From Octopus sinensis (Eukaryota): a stretch of DNA of 64,000 bases. Both the position numbers and the translations under genes were made by a program. The stretch covers positions 137,888,001-137,952,000 of the forward strand of contig NC_042999.1 in the NCBI RefSeq assembly GCF_006345805.1, read 5' to 3'. The notes beneath the pieces are model-generated. The model was not told the origin of the DNA. It was given only the letters and a program-made list of their open reading frames with translations, and ran no database searches. Numbering within the stretch: the stretch's first letter is position 1; each line of letters opens with the position of its first letter. Shown here one piece after another: positions 14,801-29,300 of the stretch.

Positions 14801-17800
14801 CATAAACCATGTACCCATCTTCAATAGAACCAGGTTTCCCAATCACCAAGACTGGTGAATTTGGGAAACGTTTCGCCAGCGGGAACCACACCCGTTCACC
14901 ATCCATGTAGAGCCACAGATGCCTCAACCTCAGTACATCAACAGCCAAGGCATCCCTAGCCCACCCATTAACAGTTGTTGGCAGTAAATAGAGCGTCTCA
15001 CAAGTGGTTTCAAGCCCTTCCACAAGAAGTGGAAGTGCTGTCTTTCCAGCTTGATCAACCACAAATCAGGGCAAGGAACGACAAGTGGTAAGTGATGACC
15101 TATGCGATGAACACATTGGCTACCTCTGCCCTCCCTTTCAGGGATAGCCACCGCCAAGACCAGGTCTTGATTATGTGGATCACCCTGCTTGATACCTTGG
15201 CCCAGTTCTTTATTTGGAGGTCTGCTCCGAACAAAACTCCTAGCAACTTAATCGGACCCTCCATCCAACATCCCACAACACTGTCAGGAGGCATCAACTT
15301 ACCTCTCCAGGTGCCAAGCTGCAAGCCAACTGACTTTTCACAATTAACTTTTGCTCTTGCCACTGTCTCGTAAACCTTAATGGCTTTGCCTACCCTCTGT
15401 AGGTGATCCATTTCGGTTACGATGATGGAGATGTCATCCATGTAAGCTGAAACTGACTTTCCACAACCTGGCTGTCTCGAGATGCCGCTCAATTTTCGCA
15501 GTAATGGCTTGAGCCATTGTGGGGAGAGCGGACACCCTTGATGAACCAAGCATTTTGATGTTGAATGGCTTCTTGTCGAAGCCATTCACCCGAATTACCA
15601 AGTCGATGTTGTCATAAACCTGAATGAGCCACTTGAGGAAGCCAAGACCCAGGCCGAACTATGCCAAAACGGACACCAGGCAGCGATGGTCAACCCTATC
15701 AAATGCCTTTGATTGGTCTAAATGGACCAGTGCCCCACCCTTGCCAGAATCCCTATTAAACCCCTCTAAAGTGTACCGTATAAGATGGAGATTATCCTGG
15801 ATGGTTCTGCCGGGAACGGCACATGTCTGTGCCTCCCTGATCAGACCATCTGCAACACACCCATTTTTTCGATACCACTTTGGCCAAAATCTTCAACTCT
15901 GCTAAACGCAGAGTGATGGGCTGAAAATTATCAATGGAATCCCCCTTGTCCGGGTCCTTTCTGCCAAGCATCACCACTCTCCGGTGCACAGATCTGGGAA
16001 TAAACCCGTTCTGCTGCCAGTTCACATATACATCCGCCAGCCGGTGCCCGAACAAGTCTGGCATATTCTTATACAACTCATAGGGTAGACCATCCAGTCC
16101 TGGCGCCTTACCCATGCCGCAGTCTGCCATAGCCTCAATTACTTCCTCAGGCGTGACCGGCTCTTCGCAGTACTCTGCGTCCTGCCCTGATAGGCACGGA
16201 AGTCTGTTAGGTCCCTCCTACTATCTGGTCTGATGCCCCATCGAAAAGCTGGGCATAGTGTTCCTGAAAAGCCTCACACATCTCAGGCTCATCTATCAAT
16301 TTACTTAGTTGGTTCATCAAAGATCGGATTGTGGCATCATTACCATGTTGGGCCTCCACCACTTGGGCCCATCCTGTGGCCTTGATTCCCTCACAACCCA
16401 CTGCACGAAGCCTATCCCTGACAATGCAACCCATGTGTTTGGCTTCAGGGTGCTGGTTTAATGCCAGTCTCTTGGCCTTCACCTGATCTGCAGAGCCAAT
16501 TTCATTGCTTCTTCTAAATCCTTAACTAAAGCTGATTCCCTCCTAGCCTCTCTAGCCACTAAACCTATGCTATATCTAACAGACTCAAATTTAATGGCTC
16601 ACTTGAGGGCATACCACCATTTATTATTAATAATGGAACCGGTTAATGCCCTCTGAATCAACAACTTAATCCAGTCTTTATACTCCTTAATCGCCAAGAG
16701 GGACGTATTAAGTTTCCAGTAGCCAGGACCTCTATTATATAGCTTATCTATGTCAAGCTTACAGGTGACCATTTTATGATCACTGTAGCTGACTGGGTAA
16801 AACTGTGGGCACCTAGCTATATTTCTATCTGCTTTTCTAATTAATGCTCTATAACCTGGAAGATCCGTTGCTGCTTGACCATGTCCACAATGGAGCAATC
16901 GGAAATTCCAGCCTATATGGATCTGCCAGCTAAAAGCGGCTTAGCAGTTCCTGGAAGCAAGAATTATCTTTTCTATCTGTACACAAGCCAACATAATCTA
17001 CGTGTGCGTCGCAAATTGTGTTATAGTCTCTTAGCACAATTAAAGAATGTGATGTACCAAGAAACTTCTCCAGATTCCGAAAATATTCTCTTTGTCCAGT
17101 TGTTGTGGGTGCATAAATTGCAACAAGTCTGATAATCTTACCATGGCTGAACGTCAAATCCATGATGACCAGCCTATATTCTGGATCTGAAAAAATTAAC
17201 TTTTTCTCAGAACCCCGGTTTCTTTTAAATAGGACCAACACCCCACTTCTGCTAGGACAGCCCAGAGAGGAAAAACTCTTGTAACCATCCAACAGCGGGA
17301 GCAGATCTCTTGGCCCCCTTAACTGGGTTTCTGTAGCAACAATAACATCCAAATTATGCGACCTGATGTCATTAAGGAAGTGACCTTGCTTCCAGCTTGA
17401 CACCAGGCTACGCACATTTATACAACCTACATGAATGTTTGACATGACTCAGTGGTTCGAAGGGGATTCACCTTCTTCCTCTTTTTCTTTCTCTCATGGG
17501 TTTTTTTTTTTACATAGGCCCTCGTAGATATATGGAGAGAAGTCCATCCTGAAAGGGCCCACATCATGAAAAAATTTGGACTTAATACTTCCGGCCTATC
17601 CTGTAGATGAGAAAGTCTTTTGATGACATTTTTCTACCTGTTTGGCAGATGAAATAGCTGCCAAACAGTTAATCAGTCTATTATTTGATCCCTTGATGGC
17701 CATGTAATTAATGTCCTTTTCTTTTTCATTTTTCTCTCTTTCTTTCAGTTTGGTAAGGGCAGTCTGTGTCTTTTTTCTTCTGTTTTTAAAAACAGTCGAC

Positions 17801-20800
17801 CACCCCTCCTTTTTCTTTACCATTGCACTCTTTCTCTGATTTTGATGGTAGTGGTGTTGTCTCTGCTGATGTAGATGACACCCCACTGTTGCTGTTCCTC
17901 CTTCCTTTTCTTTCTGCAATTTTTTTGCGGATTGATATTCGGACCTTATATGGCCCTTTAACCCGCAGTTAAAATATCTTGGCTTCCTGCCTTTTATGAA
18001 GATGATCAGTCTCTCTTCACTGATATTTATTATCTCTGAAATTTCTTCCAGCACAGGGACCTCTGCCTGAATCAACATGTTCAAGCATTGTCCCTTCCAA
18101 TTCACTTCCTCCACCACTGTGGCCTGGAGAATGGTGATGTCTTCTTCCTGGTTCATTATTATGGCTGCCACTAGCCAGGCAGCATCTACTTCCTGAAGAA
18201 TATTTGTAATTTTTATTTTCAATGTTCTTCCCATATATATGGGAAGAACATTGCAAGTTGATGCAGGTAGTTTATCCTGTCCCCCTCCAGCTTTTAGTTC
18301 ATGCAATTGAAAAAAACCACATTATTTATGGGATGACCCAATATTTAAATGCATCAAATAACATTTTGTTTCTAGAAACATATCTTTCAAAAATTAGGGT
18401 CAAACAGTTTGACAAGAGCTGCTCCAGACTTCTGCATCTGATTTGGCACAGTTTTTACAGCTGGATGCCCTTCTTAATACCAACCATCTAGCAGAGTGGA
18501 CAGTGCTTTTTACGTGGCACAAACACAGGCGAGGTCAGTTTTGGCATGGTTTTTAGGGCTGGTGCCCTTCCAAATGCCAACCACTTTACAGTGTGTATTG
18601 GATGCTTTTTGCATGACACCAATGCTGGCAGGGTCACCAAGTAACTTGCAAGACAAAGATCTTTTGAGAGGAGAGGGGACATTAGAGGAGTTGATCTTGT
18701 ATCAGACTTGTATTTATTCCACCTGAGTTACACAGCCACTCCTTTATCATTCTCAACATTAGAAATGATCAAGGGAAAAAAGAACTCCAAAACTAGTCTA
18801 AGGTGAACCTGAACCATTGTAGTTCAGAAACCACTACAAAAGCCTGCCATATATTTTGTCTCTTCATCATAAGTTGGTAATACTTTGGTGTTTTTACTTC
18901 ACATTTTTGTATTGTTTTTGTTATTAGTAAACTTAAAAAATTTATTTATTCTCTAGCTTTCTTCAAAGTTGACCATGCCTGTTTTGACATCAACAGAGAA
19001 GCCATTATTTTCACAACCTGTTCGATTTAGATTTGCAAATTGGCAAATGTTAAAGGATTATAAAAAAAGACAGACAATCAAAGAACAGTATACAGAGCGT
19101 TTAAGAATCAATGCCATACGTAAAAATACAATACTACCTAAAGAGTTAAGAGTAAGTATATACAGTATTTCATTTTTAAAAGATTACTCATTTATGTGTG
19201 TTCGTCTTAGTTTGCTATTAGTGTATTGTTAATGCAGAGTCTACTAACCTACTCTGCCATGAAGAAAGTAAATGGAACCTTGTTGCTAGACTGATTAAGC
19301 CAATCTCACTAATAATATTTCATCTAAAGACATCATAAAATAAACCAGTGTTTGAACTCAAGACAAGGGCACAGTACCTTAACTTCTCAGTTTCTGTGCC
19401 TTTATTGAATGTAATATTTAAGATAGTTAAATCTAAGGCTAAGTTAGTACAACCTGTACTTATGTATTTTATAAATGCTTGCACATTATGAAATTTGTTA
19501 GTTACAAAATTTAAGGTACACTAATGTCTTGTGCACAAAAGCATTATGTTTATATGGTCAGTTTTAAGAAAAGGGATGGAAAAGTCACTTACTCCAGAAA
19601 TTATTTCAGCTACTATAGAAGACATATTTGAAAAATATTTTTTACAAACATGTGCATCTGGGGGTGAAAGCCTTACAATAGACTCATTGATATAAGATAT
19701 TGCTTTATGTACTCATAGTATAAGGCTTTAGTTTATAATCTGCTAGTTTCTTTGTCCTGTGGCTTTTTTTAATGTTTATTTTTTAAAAAACTAAAACTAC
19801 TTTTACTACAACATGGAATGGATTTTTTTTTAATAGTTTAATCTCAAGGAAGGAAAACTAGCAAGATAACTGCAGGCTGATAGTTGCAGGAAAATATAAG
19901 CAAAGAGGAAATTTCAGAGGATTGATGTTTTGATGAGAAAGGATTTGATAATTTAGTGCTGGGCCTGGCAAAAGAGTCACAATATAGGTGACAAGATGAT
20001 TCAGTGAAAGTACATCTGCTATGAGTAGCACATTTGTAAACCATAAAAGCTTAACCCTCTAGAATTTAAACCAATTATATCTGGCCCAAATATTCTACCC
20101 GTTTTATGTTCAAAATGGCCAGATCCAGCCTGTCACACCTACCATACAATATCATTCTGAAAATAAGTATTACATAATCAAAATCTTGAAGCTATGAGAT
20201 AATGCATAATTAATTCAAAAATATGTGGATAAATAAGCATTACATTTGACAATAATCTGAATGCTAAAGACTTGTTTAGGCTTAGACTGTTGGGACAGAA
20301 CTGAAAACATTGAGCTTCACTGATGAGATACATAGATAGATGCACCCAACTTATGCTAGTATGGAAAACAGACTTAGAAGTGATGATGAACTTAATTTAC
20401 CTTTTAGAAATAAAACAATGCTAAAGCACACTGCAAGTTTCAATTATATATTAACAATGAAATTTATCTCATAGCAGTTATACTTTTGAAAAGGTATGAA
20501 TATAAATGAATTAGTTGACACAAATACATTAACAGAAGTAAATAGGAGATGGACATTTTTCAAGTGTAATTACTTATAAGAGCCTTTGTCTGAACAATTC
20601 ATGATCAAGGTATGGCTGATTAATAAGGTAAAAAGAGCAAACACAAAATTTGAATATTTATCCAATTATTTTCTGTCTTTAGCTCTGTCTTTTATAAGGT
20701 GTATTGATTTTCTTCTTTATTTGAAATTGATATCATTAGTTGTATGTAAACATTATTTTCAAATGATTGAGTGCTATGGGTTTTCTACACTACTAATTTC

Positions 20801-23373
20801 TGCTGGATGAAACTATAAGAAAACATTTGCAACCAAATCATTAATGCATAATGAAAATTTTGCCAATAAGGAAGTCCTGTAGGAATGTTGAGGAATCATT
20901 TAACTTGAATAGCCTAGTGGGATTGGAAGGGAAAGATGGCATAACAGCTAGTACAGATAATACCTGAACCATGATATACTGATTTTTATTCTATAACAGT
21001 TAAGAGAGGTAGGCACAAACTTTTTGTCAATTTTTTCTAATATGTTTGTGTTCACTGGGTTGTCAAATTTCTAGGTTAATCATAAAATCTTCAAATCTGA
21101 GCATGAAGGCACCTAAAAAAATCTGAGAATAGACTGACACTTGGTAGTATCTTAATTTTGAGCACAACTTGGACACTACATGCTCCGTGTATTCAACAAA
21201 TTTTTGATAATTATTCAAACTTATTGAACTGACTTATTGTGCAGTTACAAATGTATGCTGATGTTTACATGGTATAATTAGATAACAAGCTCAAATCTAA
21301 AAAGTTTTGTATGATTTACAGAATGAAGATATATTTGGGAACCTCTATGATGACATTGTGCAGAAAGCAGTCATCATTTCATATCAGAACAGAAGTGGTA
21401 GTACTTGTAAAACTCTCAGATGAATTGGAATTAAGGAAGGTACATTTCTTTTAACAGCCTTCAGCATCATAGATGTGTATTTTGAAGCCAAAACTGCAAT
21501 ATTCTCTTCTGTAGATCAATGCTTTGATAAAATTACTAGGTATTTTTCAAGGCTAAAGACATTGCTTCTAAAGCAAGGAGAACATCTCAGAAATCAATTT
21601 TATTAAGGAAAGACAGTTTCAATGAGAGTGATATTCTTTGACAGCGTAAAGTCTGGCATGCCTTCTTATCAGAGACTTGTACAATTTGACAATTTTTACT
21701 GGTAGACCTTGCAACTCTTTGGTCTAGAAAGACAAGGGAGGTTAAATTCTCTGGCTGTATTTTAATATGATAAAGAATGAACAAATAAAATAAATTTGAT
21801 TGGAGTTAATGCAGAATTTGCTTCCTGAAATAAGAATAGGCAAAAGAACTTTTGCAGATTCTGTTAAGTTGGATGGTAAACTGAATTAATGATAATAATG
21901 TTTTGTAATTGTAACTGCTTTTCCCATTAGAATGGCAAATTGATATTTTACTCCATATGTTTTAAATATTAACACCTGTGATTCTGTTGTAGAAGCTTGC
22001 TTCCCAACCATATGGTTTTGGGTTCAGCCCCACTACACCACCTTGAGCCAGTGTCATCTATAACTCCTGGCCAACTAAAACCTTGAGAATGGATTTAGTA
22101 GATGGAAACTGAAAGAAGCACATGATAATTATAAATGAGTGCTACCATCATACATGTCTTGTTATTCATTTCCAATCTTTCATGAAAAACATATCTAGCC
22201 ATGGGGAAGTATTACCTTGCTTAGAAACAGGTGAGTGTTGGTGACAGGAAGGACATCAAGTTGTAGAAAATCTGTTTAACCCAAGTATGGAAAAGTGAAC
22301 ATTTTCCATACTGGCATTTATTGAAGCTGGATGCCCTCCCCGTTACCATCACTTACCTGTTTCTAAATAAGGTGGTATTTCCCTAAAGGCATGTTTTTTT
22401 TTACAAACGATGCCATGTCAAGAAAAGACATGCACATATATATATATATTTATATAAATAAACTGCGCTTGCGAAGACCTGTTGAGTCAAATGAGGTCAT
22501 TGTCGTGGCTGATGACAGTTCTGCTTGATTGGCACTCATGCCAGTGGCATATGAAAAGCACCATTCAAGCGTGGTTGATGCCAGTGCCGGTGGCATGTAA
22601 AAAGCACCTTTTGAGCATGGTCACCTGGCTGGCACATGAAAAACACCATTCGAGCATGGTCAGTGCCAGTGCTGGCTGACTGGTCCCATGCCAGTGGCCT
22701 GTAAAAAGCAACATTTAAGTGTGGTTGATGCCAGTGGCATGTAAAAAGCACCCATTACACTCTTGGGGTGGTTGGCATTAGGAAGGGCATTCAGCTGTAG
22801 AAACTTTGCCAGATCAGAGTGGAGCCTGGTGCAGCCTTCTGGCTTACCAGCCCTCAGTCAAACTGTCCAACCCATGCCAGCATGGAAAGTAGATGTTAAA
22901 CAACGATGATGATGATGTGACAAGCTTCTTTCAGTTTGTCTCAAATCCTTTCAGAAGGCTTTGATTGACCCAGAGCTTTAGTAGAGGACACTTGTCTGAA
23001 GTGCTGCACAGTGAGGTTGAACCTGAAGCTATGTGGTTGGGAAGCAAACTTGATAACCATACAGAGAAATAAACCATGTAGGTAGAAGTAAAAGACATTA
23101 TCAGTGGCTTGGAAAATTATTACTACACTAATATCTTTTAAGTGTTTGTATAAAATATTTTCTTCATTTGATTATTTTCTAAATTCATAGGAAGTTGCTG
23201 ATGAAGAAGTAGCTGCTCTTCCAAGGAACAGTTCAATAGTGAGAATTCGTCAACGTTGTGTTTTAACTTCCAGACCAAGAGGTGTTCTAAGACGGTGGCG
23301 TCTAAGTCGCATTATGTGGCGTCATTTAGCTGATTACAACCAACTTTCTGGTATCACTAGAGCTTGTTGGTAA
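5877..23373 (+). CDS. MRPS14: Mitochondrial ribosomal protein S14 (uS14m), 3 exons, 144 aa
   Basis: Exons 5877-5933 ([19 protein letters not shown]|GTAAGC), 18957-19151 (...[38 protein letters not shown]|GTAAGT) and 23191-23373 ([60 protein letters not shown]), all phase 0. Exons 2-3 are clear S14 homology. Exon 1 is inferred from phase compatibility, a strong donor and its position next to the promoter. Confidence 0.93.
9641..9935 (-). mobile_element. RTE LINE 3' UTR/tail fragment (abundant family with (GAT)n tail)
   Basis: (CAT)n-CGTTTAACGTCC...TTCCATGCTGGCATGGGTTGG...CTGGATGCCCTYCCTAAYRCCAAC. The same sequence is contiguous with RTE ORF2 C-termini at 31305-32210 and 52130-52760. Other copies at ~18420-18680, 22480-22917, 32830-33437, 53236-53580, 59096-59330, 60380-60660. 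Confidence 0.75.
10715..11880 (-). mobile_element. Degenerate RTE-clade LINE, ORF2 C-terminal half plus 3' UTR
   Basis: Fragments [19 protein letters not shown]...[31 protein letters not shown] and [36 protein letters not shown], broken by frameshifts and stops. Confidence 0.85.
13170..13870 (-). mobile_element. Internally deleted mariner transposon relic
   Basis: HQDDARSH and [16 protein letters not shown] motifs (ORF 13319-13504); an upstream segment translates to ...[23 protein letters not shown]...KLAEKLGF (HTH region). Confidence 0.85.
13910..18260 (-). mobile_element. Degenerate Tx1/L1-clade LINE (5'-truncated ORF1 plus EN-RT ORF2)
   Basis: ORF1 with a decayed zinc knuckle ([14 protein letters not shown]). 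APE endonuclease: GCINVRSL...ATET...AIYAP...DYN...SDH. RT: [18 protein letters not shown]...[20 protein letters not shown]-terminal CPRC...ETIL. 3' tail CCCCTTGTGGGAAATTAAAAAAA. Multiple frameshifts. Lies antisense in MRPS14 intron 1. Confidence 0.9.
20051..20270. mobile_element. piggyBac-type MITE
   Basis: TTAA-CCCTCTAG left end and AATGCTAAAG right end; collinear with 37-247. Confidence 0.6.
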
Positions 23374-23527
23374 TATGTGTGTGTGTGTGTAATGCTTTTG
23401 TATTCTTTTTTCATACAAAATCCCTTATATTTAATAAATTATTTAAAATAATTTCTTTATTGTTTATTTTTCTGTTTTTAAATAAAATCCTTAATTTAAA
23501 CTCGCTCTAAATTTCAAGTGCTTTTTA

Positions 23528-24740
23528 TGAGGTTGGCAACTAAGTTCCCGCGGTTTTTAAAAATTTAAATTGTTTAAAAGGTTTAATAAAAAATAACAAC
23601 TAATTAATCAATAATGTATTCACCCTTGTTGTTTGCAACTTCTTCCCAAAGTTCAACAAGATTTTCAATACCTTGTTGGGAGAAATCATCCGATTTCGAC
23701 TTGAAAATTTGATCCAACCAAGCTCTCAATTCTGCATCAGTATTGAACGAAACTCTATGCATAGCATTTGAAAGAGATCGAAAGAGGTGGAAATCGATTG
23801 GTGCCAAATCAAGAGAGTACAGCAGGTGTGACAGCACTTCCCAGCCATGCGTTTGAATGGCTTCCTTAGTCATATTGGCGATATGAGGGCGGGCATTGTC
23901 ATGCTGCCAATTAGGTCTTTTCTCTTGAATAGCCATGTGAGTCATTCCATCTGTTGAACATAAAGTTCTGTGTTGACCATTTGGTTCTGTTCAAGCAATT
24001 CGTAATGGATAATGCCTTCTCAGTCCCACCATACGCACAACATTGTTTTACGCAGATGAAGATTTTGTTTCACGCCCGGTGTCGCTTGTTTACCACAGCA
24101 AAGCCATTCCTTATGCTGCTTCATATTAATGCACAGGCACCATTTTTCATTGCCAGTAACGATTCAGTAAAGAAATCGTTGCTTGTGTCCATGAGTTGAG
24201 CGGTGACGAGCAAGCAAACCAGTGGAGATTGTAGCTCATTGATTTTTAATTGTTGTCACTTAAAGCATGTGGAACCCATGCTCCATACTTCTGAACCTTT
24301 CCCATTGAGTGAAGATGCTTCTCTATAGCAGTGTGGGAGCACTCCATTTTCTCTGCCAGTTCCCTTGTCGTTTGGTGAGAATTTTCATGCAAAAGTTGGT
24401 TTAATTGCTCTTCATCGAACTCAACTGGACAGCCAGAACGAGGTGTGTCTTTGAGGTCAAAATTTCCATTTTTGAACTTGGCATACCAATTACAAGCGGT
24501 TCTTTCAGCTGTGGCACCCTCTCCATACACAGCACTAATGTTGTAAGCAGCTTTTGCAGCCTTAGAACCTTGATTAAAAGCAAAAAGGAGGAGGTGTTGA
24601 AAATGCTCATTTTTCTTAACTTGACATTCCATTTTAATGATCTGAAAATAAACAAAAATTAACTAAAATTAACTAGGAAAAAAAAAAAAAATAGATTCCA
24701 AAATTAAAAAAAAACGGCAGGAGCTTAGTTGCCTACCCAA
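23528..24740 (-). mobile_element. Near full-length mariner (DD34D) transposon with a pseudogenised transposase
   Basis: TIRs (T)GAGGTTGGCAACTAAGTTCCCGCGGTTTT and AAAACGGCAGGAGCTTAGTTGCCTACCCAA, flanked by TA at 23526-27 and 24741-42. Transposase pieces: WVPHAL, HDNARPH, YSLDLAPIDFHLF. Stops and frameshifts are present. Confidence 0.95.
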
Positions 24741-25339
24741 TATATTTGTGTGATGAACTGCAAAAACTTCTAAAACATTTTCAGGGCTTCCAAAACTGAA
24801 GGATTGGTATAAGTGATATAATAGTATTCAGTCTACATTTCCCATTCAATAACCACTATTTTGCATCCCACTTCAATTTTGTTAGACTGATAAAATGATA
24901 AATTATACTCAAATGCACAGCTGAGATTGATTATCGGTAGGAAAAATACATAGCTCAAAAACCCCTCACCCCCACCCAGCTGTCATGATGCTTAATATGT
25001 TTATAACCTAGTTTTATATAAGAAAACGGTGTCTAGATATGCCCATTGTAAGTTAGTGTTAACATTTACTTTTGTAGTGAGTATTAAATACTGAAGTCTA
25101 AGACACATTCGAAGTAGCCTTATATTTGCTGTAATAATTTATGTTTAAAACTTTTCGAAGTAATTTGTTCCATCATAATAAATTTTCATATATTAATATG
25201 CAGGATGTATATATGCATGCGTGATTAAGTATACAGATATTTAATCCTTGCTATATATCCATCCCTTCCTCTCTTCTGGATAGTCAAAACTCTAGCCCCT
25301 TTCTTCCCTTCCTTGTTGGTACTTACCCTTGATGGTGTA

Positions 25340-27290
25340 CGAGATTGAGGAAATAGTAATTCATTGAGTAAACTAAACTATGTACAAGTGCCCCCTGCCA
25401 GTTGGCAAGTGTTCACACAAATATTATTTTCAGGTGGTAACTCTTCTAAGTCCACAGTTTCAGGGTTGCTTCATGTAGAGGTGTACTGCATGCAAGTAGT
25501 AAGATGGAAGGGAGCCTTGACTAGATTCCTCATGGGTAAGGAGCAGAAGTTCAAATTCCTTTGAGTAGGTAACTGTTGGGGTAGGTAGTGTTGGTATAGA
25601 AATTTGTAGATTGAGATAGCATGTGTGATAGGGTTAAGCTGAGACTAGTCTTACCCAAATCAACAGTTGCTTTTATCTCTACCTCTACATTATGGGCTGG
25701 AAAATGATCAGGACCAGTTTTACAAGGCCTTTTGCAGATTACCTTCACAAATCATAGACTTCATTTTGTGATTGGTGACTTCAATGGACATGTTAGGCAA
25801 CATTCCCATGGTGTACATGGAGGTTATGGCTTTGGCTCTAAAAATGAAGAGGAAGCAAGACTGTTGGAATTCTGTGATGCAAGTTATCTACAACACTGCC
25901 TTCAGGAAACAAGTCATCACATCAATTTGGTGGGCATAAAAGCCAAATTGACTTACATTCTTACTAGAAAACAAGATAGACAGAAGCTTGTAAATGTAAA
26001 CTCTTTTCCAGGTGAAGATTTTATTTATAACCCAACTTAGGTTAGTAGTTATTGACTTTAGGACTCAGAAAAACTAATCTGGAAATGAAAGGTATGGAAG
26101 CTTAAAAACCCAGCAAAATCAGAAATTTTTATTGAAGCATCTGATAAGGCGTTAGATATAGCACAAAAGACAAGTGGAAGTTTATATGCAACAACTTACT
26201 GAAGCTACAGACCAAATCCCTGTATGGTGTTAAGTCATGGCTGGACTGAGGTAGTGGGGCAGAAAGACTGGAAAAATGATGCTTGAGAATTTTATCAAAT
26301 AGCCAGGATGGAAGCTAGGCAATAAGTTAATATAGAGGAGGGAGAAGCAGAAAGATTTACCAATGTTCTACAGTATAAGATGTTCCGGATTGTAATACAG
26401 ACAGAATCGAGATATTGTGGGTGAGAAGTGTGTGGATGAATAATGGTAGACTTGCACTTAGTGATTATCAGAAATAAAGAGCCAAGGAACTACTATTATG
26501 AAAGGCTACTAAATGTGGAGAGTATTTGAGAGAAAGGTCTTTTCAATGTGGACTCAAGTGAAGTACGAGCCATCCAAGTTGAAAGTATAATTGATAAAGC
26601 AATCAAGGATATGAAGACAGGAAAAGCCCCTGGTCCACTAGGAATCACCACAGATATGCTTAAAATATCTAGCAGAGTAGGATACAACCGAGTTACCACT
26701 ATAGTCAATCAGGTTGTACAGGAAGGTGTCCTACCCAATGACTGGTGTAGCAGCATTATAATCAGTTATTACAAAGGTAAAGATGTTTTAGAAGCAATTG
26801 CTGGACTAGTTCATATAGATTATATAGAGAGTTACAGTCTAATTGATTACAGAATTAGACTAGATGAGATACAGTTTGTTTTTGTGCCAAGAAGGAGTAC
26901 TATGAATACTACCTCCCTAGTAAGGCAACTGCAAGATAAATACCTAGCTAAAAGTAAACCTTTTTTTTGGCATTCACAGTAAATGAATGGCTTATTAAAG
27001 CCATACAAGCCATGTACAGGGGTGTTGTCAGTAGAGTGAGAATTTAAGAGTTCATCAGGGCTCAGTTGTCATTCCCCTCCAACTCATCATTGTCCTCCAG
27101 GTCATAATAGTGAAATTTAAGACTGGCTCCCTTGGTAACTACCATATGCTGATGACCTTGTTTTTACAGAAGAATTGGAAAAGAAATTCCAGATGTAGAA
27201 GCAAAACCTGAAGTCAAAGGGCCTATCAAAGACCAAAATTATAGTTGGATAAGACTGTCTTTCTGCTAGATAAATGGCCCTGCTTATTAT
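25340..27290 (+). mobile_element. Degenerate RTE-clade LINE, EN to RT
   Basis: VRWKG...RFLMGKEQKF; GDFNGHV...HGGYGFGSKNEE..RLLEFCDA; AIKDMKTGKAPGP.GIT.DMLK; LDEIQFVFVPRRST; HQGSV..PL..II; YADDL. Confidence 0.88.
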
Positions 27291-28984
27291 GTAGGAAATG
27301 TATTGAAATAAACATACACTGGGAGGAAAGTAAATGGTAACAGTAAAGATAAAGACTGTAGAGAGTGGATTGGATTGAGGGTGAGTAGGACGAAGGGGTG
27401 ATCAATGGTACATGATTTGGGGGTTATATATGGGAAAATAGTACAGAAAGTGGTGAAGAGCAGCAGAATAGTAATAATAATACAGGAAAAGGCCGAGAGA
27501 AAAGATGACATGTGGATGGATAGGTGGGAGGTTAGGTTGCAAGAGTGTGAGAGGAGAGGTCAATGTAGTGCATGGAGGAAGTGAGAGGTGTATAGTGGTG
27601 GAGAATTTTTTAAAATTAATTTTCTGAAATTACCTCTCCTTTTCGTTTGCTAAGAATTACTGTCAGATTTTTGCTTCCTTTCGTTAACTAAAAGGCAGAT
27701 TTTATTTCACTGAGAATGTTTTGTATATGCTATTCGGAACTATCTAAATTATATACATTTATAAAGTTTGTCTCATGCACTTCTATTTATATATTTATAT
27801 AGTTCATTTCCTTGTAATTAGTAAAATACAAAGGTGAAGATGCTTGGATGTTCCAGCCTCTCTCTGCAATAATGCTGTTTGAAGCAGGGCCAGATTTAGA
27901 CTATTGGCACTGGGCCAATAGGTTTTGGGGCCTCTTACAATTTTGCTAATTCAAAATATTAGATAGTAAAGAGGATCCCATTAAATCTAGAGGCTCCAAA
28001 ACTTAAAAGTCCCTTGGTTGATTCAGTGAGATTGATCATCATCACTAAGTTAAGTTTAACAGCTAAGTAGGCCCAATGATTCACTAGACGGTTCAATAAT
28101 TTTTAATGAACCCTAGATTGCGGTAAATATATCTTTTACTTTCTAACCCCAAGCTTTAAGCTTCTGGGTTAAAGGGCAACACTTAGGCCATGACCATATT
28201 GGTCTATACCTAAAATCCAATCCTGAAAATTTTTTAGAGGATGCCAGTACCCTTGCTATGATGCACAACTAAGAGAGTGTCTTTATTTTCTTCATTGTTT
28301 ACTGTCTTCTACATTTTTTACCATTTTTTTCTTTTTACTGATTACTTTTGTAGATGTTCAGTTTTGATAAATGTAATTTAATAGTTGCATCCCCCACTCA
28401 ACCTAAAAACAAAATATTCAATACATGTTCATGTTAGTGGTTGCTTTTAATTTAACACTGATCGAACAGAAGGCATTCCAGCTACGACCATCATGTTTTT
28501 TGTGATGGTATTTGGAACATGACTGAACGTTCTTTCTTTTCTTAAGATACTAGATTAAGCGTAATTAGACTATTTCCAGTAATCACGTAGAACTCACTCA
28601 ATTGGCTAGTTACTGTTGTTGTTCGTCTGATCAAGTAAACCCGTTATCTGAGACATTCCAACAGCGACCGTTTTGTACAAGGAATCCAAGACCACATTAT
28701 CCAAGTACTTTTTTTTAAAGACAGTAAGCGATAATCTGAAGGGGATTTGGCTGCTATTTCTAGCAAGTTGATAAAAGACGTAGACGTTCCTCGTTTGCTG
28801 ATGGAAGTCTGCGGTATCATAATATGGCGTTAAGTACAGAATAATAGATAGTAATTTCATAGTTTAGGTCTAACTAACCCAAGCTTAATACCTTTCTCTT
28901 TATTCAGTGACGGGTTGGTTCATGCTTTAACGTCGTAAAAGAAATTGACATGACACTTTCATTGTAAAACACGTTCTAAAACCG

Positions 28985-29300
28985 GTGAGTTGGCAGAATC
29001 CTTAGCATGCCGGAAAAAGACTTAGCGGCTTTCTTCCGCTTTTACGTTCTGAGTTCATATTCCGCCGAGGTTGACTTTGCCTAAGGGCGATTAAAATAAA
29101 GTGCCGGTCGTGTATTGCGGTTCACGTAATCGACTAATCCAGCAAAATTTCAGCCCTTGTGCCTATCAAAATCATTAGCTCGCCAATGCTTAAGACATTA
29201 CCTTCTTCTTTTCGGGGTTGATAAAATAAAGTAACAGTCGAGTACAGAAGTCAATGAAGTCAACCGAAATCCTACTCCATAATTTTGGGCCTCGTACCTA
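28985..29300 (+). mobile_element. Decayed tRNA-derived SINE with partial internal duplication
   Basis: TTACGTTCTGAGTTCATATTCCGCCGAGGTTGACTTTGCCT core (B-box-like); two body/tail segments ending CCCTTGTGCCTAT and GGCCTCGTACCTATATTAGAAAC. Confidence 0.7.
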